A model generated the notes under the pieces. That model was not told the origin of the DNA. It did not search any database and saw only the letters and a program-made list of their open reading frames with translations. A DNA stretch of 35,023 nt, taken from contig JBDOQK010000069.1 of the NCBI GenBank assembly GCA_040437565.1, positions 124,001-159,023 of the forward strand, in the 5' to 3' direction. Every line of letters begins with the position of its first letter. Position 1 is the stretch's first letter. This document shows, piece after piece, positions 25,812 through 35,023 of this stretch. The position numbers and the translations under genes are program-made. The DNA is from Albugo candida. Taxonomy: Eukaryota.

Positions 25812-26136
25812 TGTTAGAAACCCTACAAAAGATAACACACAAAGACTTGANNNNNNNNNNNNNNNNNNNNNNNNNNNNNNNNNNNNNNNNNNNNNNNNNN
25901 NNNNNNNNNNNNNNNNNNNNNNNNNNNNNNNNNNNNNNNNNNNNNNNNNNTACAAAAGATAACACACAAAGACTTGATTTTTAAAAGGTATATTGAGAGG
26001 CCCCTACCAACCTTTCCTATTTTGCTCTTTCGACCTTTCACTGTCCACGACTCTTCACGGGATAATGGTCTTCCATCGGTGAAGATCTTCAAGTCACCGT
26101 AGCTGTATTCAGTAGATGTAGATGCGGTTTCTAACA
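25812..26136 (-). repeat. 5' LTR of copia #4 (198 bp once the false gap is collapsed)
   Basis: Perfect 11-bp terminal inverted repeat TGTTAGAAACC...GGTTTCTAACA; homologous to 21016-21213. Confidence 0.95.
25851..25950. other. Assembly gap (100 N) with duplicated 27-nt flanks
   Basis: TACAAAAGATAACACACAAAGACTTGA on both sides. Confidence 0.99.
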
Positions 26137-26141
26137 GGGAG

Positions 26142-27473
26142 AAAATCAGAATAAGCCTAAATGGAATAGATAGCAATTCAACGGATCGAATAGTGAGTTA
26201 GAAAGTTGATTCAGGAAATTTATACGCGATGAAGGACTTTGTCAGACTATACAACACAGTAATCCGGAAGTACCGTAGAGAATCGGGATATTTCGACAAC
26301 TGGGAAATGCAAACTATCTGGACACATAATGTGGAATGTTCGCTTTTTGGTCCATCACCGACAGAAATGACTTTCGCCTTTCATATTTTTTGATCCATTA
26401 CGGACATAAATGTTTTTGCCTTTCATATTCACATTTCGAGAATGCCGGAAGTGTGCTTCAGAAATTTGGGAGTAAGAAAACTTCCATCCAAGGTTAGCCT
26501 GTTGTCGAAGCTCGCATACTCAGCTTTATGATCTTACGTGAAAGTCGGGAGATGTATTCGCATGTGATATTCACGTCCAAATAGACAAACGGGAAATCTA
26601 GATTTCATTCGGAAATTCATATTCTATAGTGTGAACGATGAGAAAATATTTAAAAAAATTCTGAAATGAGGAAAAGTAATGTTGAAGTGCTGTACGTGTG
26701 GTGGAATCTCCGGCATTAGGAGCGAGTGTTTCCTTTACGTATGGTGCATCCGATGGTGTAATACAATCACGATTACAATAAAGTTTGATTAATGACCCAG
26801 TGAAAATATTTGAAGACGAAACAGTATCAGAGCACGTTGGAAGAGTCACGAACCTGATGCTGATGTCGATGAAAGACCGTATCCACTTTGTCACAACCAA
26901 TACGATCAAGAGAGATGGTTTCGTGCTACTGATTCTTGCAGGGATTTACAAAGAATTCGACTATCAGTGCATAACGTTTACTCACGAAAGAAAGGATACG
27001 ATCAGCCTCCATTGAATCCCAATATTCGATTGCTCAATTTGGTGGCACTTGAATGAAATCTACGGCACACATCAATTCGTTGTTTGCTTTTGTTTATCAC
27101 GCGATCAAATCGAAACACCGGAAGAGTGGATAAGTCGAAGACAAGATGGATGGTTTGTCTCCACCCAGTGGCAGAATATCAACGACTGGGATTTATTTTT
27201 GTCATCAAGAAACTGTCAGTATCATACAACAAAACCGTTTTTCATCCGAAAGTAGAAATCATCACTTGGCGCTCATTGAAAATGTCCGAAATTTCGATTC
27301 AGTCCAGCATACTCAGAATTATAGATTGTGCCGTCGAGATTGTCGGGAAGAAGACACTTTTCATTCCGTACGTTTACCTCCACGATCTTGATTACCTGTC
27401 GTTCAATGGCAACATCCATCAACTAAAGTGTGCCAGCTCGATCCAGTCTACCAAACTATTGAATGGATGGTAA
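26142..27473 (+). pseudogene. Decayed gene-like sequence of unknown family, apparently continuing from upstream of copia #4
   Basis: Chain of same-strand ORF pieces (26785-27015 and 27049-27255 share a frame separated by one stop; 27084-27473 overlaps). No recognisable domain. Confidence 0.35.
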
Positions 27474-29860
27474 TTTTTCGAATCTGAACTGATTCAACTG
27501 AAATCCAATCGCGATCCTGCAAACGCCAATAGCGCTGGTATATCACCTCAATTACATACTCTCGAGCCACGAAATCCAATAGCTAAAAAACGAAATCACC
27601 TAAAAAGAAAAGTTAACGAGTACGATTAAAAAAAATCGTTTCTCTTAGATTCATTGGTCTGGTTAGGAGGGAAAAGATCACAGTATCAGGACAACGCAGC
27701 AGCGGAATTTCTTGGCATTGCAAATGAACACAAAACGCGAGACTCGCTCAATACACTCATATGCATATACTCGAAAGAAACAATAATCAAATTGTAGTGC
27801 TTGTGAGCGCCAACGGTATCGGAGATTGAGACAACCACTATCATAGTCGTCTCGAAAATACGCATATCTCTCAATTCGTTCACATGATCCACTATTGGCG
27901 TATTTGCATTTGATGACTCTAGCAGGTAATCCAAGTTTTAAAAGCAAGTACTTTGGATAAAGTCTGCTATGAAGTTGGCGCCTCCGTTCTCGTATACTGC
28001 AGTAATGGATGGGATCGAGAACCGTAGCGTGTGGTCTTAGAACAGCTGATTGTCGGTTTATTAAGAAAGAATGGTGCTCATTTGGCCACAAAATTGCGGA
28101 TTGAATCATTGTCGGGGAGGACATCTCATATTGACCGAGTGAACGATAATCAGTCATGATCTATTTTTTGGATTGTGTGTGGTGAATGGCACGACCATCT
28201 TCACTTGCTTTAAGTTCAACGAAAACTTCTTCTTGTATATAGCTTCTGCTTTCATGTCAGGGCTTTTTCAAACATTCTTTCACAATTCCGAGCGAGAGTA
28301 TAATTCTTGGGAACGAACCGAATCTGTTTAGACGCCTGTATCGGAATGGTCCATGCCATCTCGCAGACTAGCACCAATCGAGTTCTCTAATCTCAAGCCA
28401 ACTTCAACCGCAAGGTCTTCTGTGACGCAATGAATTTTGTCTGGGGTCTTTTCAGCACCCCAAGTAAGTGAAAATCATGTCGAAGGTTGTTCCATGACAA
28501 TATTAATGGCGAATTCGGAGCCGATCAGCTCTCCAAAGCGAGTGAAGGCGAGAATTCATTTAACGAAGGCTTGGACATGGAAATGCGATAAGAAGTAGAC
28601 GGAATTCATGATTGTGACAAAAGTCGAGACAAATCAGTATTTTCAGAATGTTCCGACATGAAGAATGATGACTGGTCTGCCTCTAGAGTGAATTTCGTCA
28701 ATGTCGATCAACTAGGTGATGCACCTGACTCACCCGCACAATCACCTTCTGCGTCCATAATTGGCGATTTACCCGATATTGACAGCATAATGGTCTAACG
28801 ATGTCGTTCTGGAGAGGAAGAACGGAAGTGTCAGCGGTCGGAAGGTCGTTGATATTCTTAAGGCATTGCAAATGGTACCTGGTCAAAGTCGTATCAAGTA
28901 TCCCTAACATCACTTAAGTGAAAGTGTCGCACGGGAATCACAACTCGAAGGAGAATTCGTTTCTCCAAACGAGATCATTGGACTTCACTCGGTATCGGAC
29001 GCAAAGTGTCATTCCGACAAAGCTTTGCGTACCAAATTAATCAAAAGCATCAATAGCCAGTTGGAACCAATGGATAGAAATCATTTGCATCAAGTTCGAT
29101 ATCGAAGATAAAATGAATACTGACAACCTACATACGCACTTGTCCAGATTTTTTCCTACTAACACCTTCACTTGGCTTCCTTTCCGGCATTAGACGACTT
29201 CGGTCGAAACCAGCGAGAAGATTTCGGCCATTCTATGATGTGCATTCTCTAATGCTCGCTCAAAGCCATATCGATGATGCTACTCTACAATCGTATAACC
29301 TTAAACAAATTATAATCTTTAGAACCAGACGAATAAAGTAATTGTATCGTACGATGCGAAGAATTGGCGCACGGATGCTTGGCTCCTTTTTGAGTGTATT
29401 GAATCGACAAAAAGCGTTTCCTTCGGATCCCTTTTGATGTTTGCGTCTAAGTTCGGATTGAAATTGAGACACTCCATAAGTATGGCTCCCAATGTCATGT
29501 GGCGTTCCGCTACATCAACACCACATTATTTAAGTTATGTCCTGATTTGTTTAGTCCCTTTGCTTTAATCACATCTAGTTACAGATTCTTTCCAATAGAA
29601 ATGCATATGTGAACTTAGATGATTCAATGTGAATATTTATAATCATATCAGCTCGAGAATATCCGGACTGCCCAATTGGCTAGTTGATGATCAATCATCG
29701 TACGACTCGTGTTCCATTACGCTGGTGTGGGCCGTGGTTGAATCCCTTCCATGAACGCAAAACGCGCTAAGTAAATGTCTAGAAACTTGACTTATAGTTG
29801 AGTGATAGCCACGTATGAGAGCGTTGGTATAGGATTACTTGTTAGATACAAAGAGTTAAC

Positions 29861-29960
29861 NNNNNNNNNNNNNNNNNNNNNNNNNNNNNNNNNNNNNNNN
29901 NNNNNNNNNNNNNNNNNNNNNNNNNNNNNNNNNNNNNNNNNNNNNNNNNNNNNNNNNNNN
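29861..29960. other. Assembly gap (100 N)
   Basis: N run with no flank duplication. Confidence 0.99.
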
Positions 29961-32879
29961 ACAGTCTACTAAAAAAGATTTTTGCAGCCTCTCTAACGCC
30001 TATACAAGATATAACCATCCGGTAACAGGAGAAGTATCACTCTAATGAAGGTCGTCTACCATCATGTTCGATTTTTCTTTTGCGATGGGTACTTATCTAT
30101 GTATAACTCTAGCCGCTTTCTTACGCTTATGGAATTTTACATCCAGAACAATCTTACGAAAAAATTTACATTATTATGACGGTAGTTCCATTCTCTCAGA
30201 TTTGCAATCAGCACCAAAACATGACCTATCTAATTTGTTATCGCATGAATGGAAAAAGAAGACATATACTACTTGAAGTAGCATTGCAGATCCCGCATTG
30301 CGGTGCATTTGGTAGCCAGCCATTCTACAAATATTTAAATTATGCGCCGCAACAGCAAAGTCAAATACGGTTCTCCCCTCTATCGCATGGGTAAGTTAAT
30401 CGTATTTATTCTGGTCGCTGGTTTCAGGAAATCAGTATTTCAAGATCACTAGCTTTGTCAAGACGCTTGTTTTAATGCAATAGATGATTGGCACTTCGTA
30501 TTCTCTAGCAGCTCTTGGTAACATCATTTGAACAATGTAAGTACTTGTCTCAAGGACATAAGCGTCCTGTATAGGATCTTAAATTAGAAATCTGCTGAAT
30601 CGATACACTTCATTGCTGTGTAAAATGGAAGGACGTCTGAAATAGAAGGGCTTTGTCACAGATACGATAGAACTGTTTGGGACTTGCTAACCTGATCGCT
30701 ATGACTTGATGTTGTTCACTATCTCCGGAGTGTACGCCATCGTCATAAATTGGAGCCTGATAGCACTAGGCACGTATCTGATAGCTTCGGAAGTTCTGTG
30801 CTTAAAAACCTACCTGTGCACGGTCTTTCCATCCTTCAGGATCAATGCATGCAGAGCCAAACATAAGAATCTTCCATGGTGGCACGAACTTATTACATCT
30901 GTTCTTTTAGCTGCTTAGCGAAATTCCGGTCTATATGCAAGTATCCAGATCAGAAATTCTGACCGATTCGGTAAATATCGTGTAGATTTGAACTTCACAT
31001 GACGGACTTAGATACACGAGAGGGGTAGTCCTCACTGCAGAAGCGCTTTCGAATTTTTACCTTTATTTTTCAGGGTGCGACAATTCATAAGCTTTCCACC
31101 AGGGACTAAATCTCGAGATATGATCAGCTAAGAAACATGCAGTATAATCACTCGTTTTCTCCTTCTATTACCTAAATTAAATGCACGCTTTAATGGCAAT
31201 CAGAAATAGAGGACTGATTGCGATCATTCATGATTCCGAACTTATCACTTGAGCATCTGACGGGATCTATAGTGACAGGGAATTACTATTTTCCTAAATC
31301 AGGCCCTGTTGTGCTGGAAGGACTTCATTTCGGCTTTTAGTCAGACTTGGAATTTTTCTTATTTATTGCCTAAGGTTTTATTGCTTCCCAACGTAAAAAC
31401 AAAATTTGGCAACTTTTAAAGCACGGAAGCATCTTCGCTCATCAACCAACAATTTCCTTATGTTTACACAGGCTCTTTAGTCACAGCAACCTTTCCTCGA
31501 TGATTAGGTTCGATTTCTTTTACAATTTTGCAAAGCCGGCAGAAATCTCATCATCTAGGGCGTCCTATCGGTTGCGTTTGGATCTCAATCTTGCCACTGT
31601 AAGGTCTAGTAATATTCATCCATTTCCGCAACCTGGAGATATCATCAATATATTTCAATAATCAGGGTATCATTACTGAGATTTCCCATATGCTCAGAAA
31701 TGTTGCTCGGAGAATTTTTGACTAAGTAATGTGAAGTACATACAAAGCCAATGGTTGAGAGACTCGGACAACATCCACCGGACCGACATGAAACCTCAAT
31801 TTCACGTATGTTGACGGCTACCGCCCGATGCAATTGAGAAAACATCAAAGCTACGTATGATGTTGTAGTGGTCGGAAAGATTCCGAAATAAACACAAATT
31901 TAATTTCGGGATGTAAAATAGCGAGCGGATACATGAAGAAGAACTAAAGTTCAGTGCCTCAATGCTTGTAAATCGATTTGGGCATCGATTGTGATCTACA
32001 GCAATGGAATGGATGCCTTGACGACCTCGAGGGGACCAAAACTACAAGCACGCGATGTTTTATATAAAGATGCATCGTATAATAACTACAAGCCGTACGT
32101 ATAAACCTGCGACGTGTTGTGGAATGGCTTCTCATGCATTCGTCCATTCTCATTGAATGCGTTGTTCACTGCTATTGGTAAAGAACTCAAGTGTTTACTG
32201 AAGAAACAGGAGCTACAATCGTGAGCAATTCCGCAACGTATTTGTTGTGTTAACAATACTTTTCAACTAGTCCACAATGTTTACGGTTAACGGGTTTTTT
32301 GGGTTTCAAAGCCTTCAGCATTCATCCCAACACCATCTCGCTGAGTTCGTATGCTTCGACATGATTCTGTGGCAGAACCTTGACTGTATTACGCCGTAGC
32401 AGAGATGGACTCTGCATCCAGACTACCATCAGCACTATAGCCGGGAGCTGCTTCACACAGTACAAAGCTATTTAGATACTGAACAGCTTCAAGCTCTACT
32501 GCAAGAACAGCACATTACGCATGTGGAAGAGCAAGCTAGAATTGGCACTAAACGACGTATCTTAAGTTCGGACTGAGGCTTTCGACTGGGGTTCACAGAA
32601 TGCTTTTTGTTGAGTATGCAACATTGGCAGCAGGGTTTGTAATCGGAAGAAGTGTCATAGATGTAATGCTATCACGATCGTGAGAAATTCTGTGTGTTTC
32701 TATATCGTATAATAACTTGATGCTGATAACTTTGATTCCCCTAATGCAGTTTAAAATTCTAAGGAAACGTTCGAAAACCTTAACGGTTGAACGACTGGTC
32801 CGCAGATAAAGATGATGTGTGGCTTCATGTGTCAGTAGTTACGCTATGATCAGATATCTTAAATTCTTGACCTAAAATT

Positions 32880-34200
32880 GTTGCTATGTTTCGTCCTTGC
32901 ATATGCTGCTGCTGTAATTCTTCGAGCGGTCTCTATTTCATTTGGCCTATGTCACTGCAATTGAAACAAATTTCATTCCTGTATAGCGTGTTTTCTTTCG
33001 TATTCGTCAGAATGCACCTTTCCATTTCAATTGGGTCTTGTAGAACAGCTTCGCATAAAACATGGCTCACTTGAAACCTTGATATGAAAGGGAGATATTT
33101 GGCAGCGTCAGGATTAACAAATACTTGAGCCAAGACTTATCTGACCAGGCTAGAAAAAATTGATAAACAACAAGCTCGTCTTCGTTTCTGCGAACGATCA
33201 CTCCTTTCGGAATGGACGCTTTCGCGTCCATTCCCTGCATGTTAATCCTTTAGAGGGATATTAGAACCGGAGATTCGGTCTGCTTCAGATGAGCTTATGA
33301 GAAGACAGCATCCATCGTTCTTTTGAACAAGACGAGTCCATTTTAAAGCTTATCTCTGAGATTAAGAGAGCTTTAGATAATCTGGCAACCATCGAAAAGT
33401 GCGTAGAATATCTTTTTGTTATGGATGTGGTCACTGCAAGTGATACTGCCTACATACTGGAAGAAAAAGAAGGTGGTAGACATACTCCTAGCTTAATGGG
33501 AGTGATATCAAATGAGCGTATTCTTTCTCTCGAATTGGTTCTACTGTCGGAAAAAACACTCTTTGCACTAGCTGAGAGTTCACAACCTTTAGATTTTTTG
33601 CATATTCTTCATTTCCCATAGGAATAGCAAGAATCAAGTCAGCTTATGGTCGCCTGAGGGAATTGGAAGTAGGTCGACTACACTGAGCATTCAGCACGAC
33701 ATCTTCATCGTCTTCGTTGTCAAGAAACACTTGCACCAAAGCTTCCAGATAACTCAGCAGCCTGATTGTTACAATATTGGCACCATAGAACATTTTCATT
33801 TGATCGGTTCGTTGCAGCGAGGACTTCCGTTGGCAATCGGAATGGTGCTCAAAAGCGTTCAGACCAGTCTTGCAATCCAACGAAAGAAGATGCTTAAAAA
33901 ATGATCGAGTAGGTCAACGTGGCGAGTAGGAAGCATTTTCCGAAGAGTCACGCTCTCATGCAGCGTTTTGACAGTATATTCTAATAACGAAATCAGACGA
34001 CGGAAAATAGCGTCTTTTCCAGCCTCTTCGTCATGCTCATCTTCTACTTTTTCACACGCAGAAGGAACGCATCTTCACGTATTCGAACTGATTATTCGCC
34101 AATTTTGAAAGCCATTGCGAAAATGTTTCATGGTCTTTAACTGATTCGTAAGCAAATTCCATAAATGACGTTGACGGGGTCGAAGAAAAAACTCAAAGTA
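32880..34200 (-). pseudogene. Decayed gene-like sequence of unknown family
   Basis: Protein-like minus-strand pieces (MEFAYESVKDHETFSQWL, EDEHDEEAGKDAIFRRLISLLEY, LLSYLEALVQVFLDNEDDED, ORF 32933-33133) broken by stops and frameshifts. Confidence 0.3.
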
Positions 34201-34850
34201 GTACCAAAATGGATTGCAATGGTAATTAGCTGAAGCCGAGTGACATCCTGCAGGGATTCAATCTGAAGCGTACCAAATGCCACCAGGAGTGAGCATTTCG
34301 AAATCAGAGCATACGATATAAGGTTTTTTTTTAGCTTGGTCGAGCTTGGTCGAGCGCTTCTGGGAATCGCAATTCAGCATTTCGACGAGAGCAATCATTT
34401 CATCGCGTTTGTCCGTTTGAGATGCCGTACGCTTTTTGTCAATGGCGTGATAAGCAAGGAGGAACTTGCTATATGGCTTTGCTCAGACGATCCTCCATCC
34501 TATAATGAATACTGTCACCAGCGTGCACAATATGCATTCTGATATGTATATCTTCTCAACACGGACAGTCTGTTCTGAGTGCAGAAAAACTCGCAGCGCC
34601 GAGGTAAACTTGATCAAATTTCTTACCCACTGCATAAGGTACGGAGCGAGTAAAGAAAACGCGACGACTGGATGTAGATGACGTCATAATAAAGCGCTGT
34701 TTGATTTTCCTGATGACCAACTAGCACTGAATTGTTCTTTCGGGACGGACAATGCAATTGTCCATTTCTGATTGGGTAATGCAGCTTGAGCAGAGTCTAC
34801 TACTGATATTACCGATACCATGGCTGGAAGCAGGCAAATGATGAGAAAAA

Positions 34851-34923
34851 AGGCGCCAGATCGGGTTCGAACCAGTGACCATTCGAGCTGCAATCGAACG
34901 CTCTACCACTGAGCTACTCGGGC
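34851..34923 (-). tRNA. tRNA-Cys(GCA), probably a pseudogene
   Basis: Minus strand has A box TAGCTCAGTGGTAGAGC, anticodon arm TTCGA-TTGCAGC-TCGAA, B box GGTTCGAACCC and then T6 (Pol III terminator). Two mismatches in the acceptor stem and one in the T stem. Confidence 0.85.
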
Positions 34924-34933
34924 GAGTGACCCT

Positions 34934-35005
34934 GTCGGGGGGCCTAGCGGATACTAGACGTGTGTTCCGACCATGTGTGCACCGGTTCGAATCCCGGCGG
35001 TGGCA
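34934..35005 (+). tRNA. Degenerate tRNA gene or pseudogene, isotype uncertain (loop readable as Gly-TCC or Arg-CCG)
   Basis: 72 nt with A-box-like GGCCTAGCGG, stem ACGTG/CATGT around TGTTCCGAC, B box GGTTCGAATCCC and end CGGTGGCA. Acceptor stem is imperfect. Confidence 0.6.
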
Positions 35006-35023
35006 AAAGGGCTGCGATGGGGC

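Larger units (their letters stand above)
21016..26136 (-). mobile_element. Ty1/copia retrotransposon #4, both ends intact, coding region decayed
   Basis: Two 198-bp LTRs, GGGAG TSD (21011-21015 and 26137-26141), PBS at 25797-25810, PPT at 21214-21224, and domain order gag-PR-IN-RT-RH. Confidence 0.97.

Noticed and set aside
33200..33250. Hammerhead ribozyme or Helitron 3' end at the GAAA hairpin
   Set aside because: No CUGANGA before the stem and no CTAG terminus at the expected distance.
34333..34355. Tandem AGCTTGGTCG x2.3
   Set aside because: A trivial local duplication, not an array.
1..35023. CRISPR array, telomeric repeats, rRNA, or RXLR/Crinkler/CCG effector motifs
   Set aside because: No regularly spaced repeats, TTTAGGG runs, rRNA signatures or convincing effector motifs were seen.

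Overview
Eukaryotic draft-assembly DNA, probably oomycete-like (inferred from the copia family style), with four 100-N gaps. It is mostly decayed transposons, and I found no intact host protein-coding gene. It contains four Ty1/copia LTR retrotransposons: #1 (+, 1-2324, both LTRs), #2 (-, about 2562-4580, 5'-truncated), #3 (-, about 11515-14100, very degraded) and #4 (-, 21016-26136, with two 198-bp LTRs, PBS, PPT and a GGGAG target-site duplication). There are also two Tc1/mariner transposase relics, a LINE AP-endonuclease relic, a possible CACTA-like relic and several decayed gene-like stretches. The window ends in a head-to-head pair of tRNA-like genes (degenerate tRNA-Cys(GCA) plus a second degenerate tRNA). 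The most notable points are: two different copia families have a half-tRNA-iMet PBS whose ATG is in frame with gag; copia #4 appears to have split a pre-existing reading frame; and two N-gaps look like false gaps. I see no convincing evidence for a wholly new system. All alignments and counts were done by eye.
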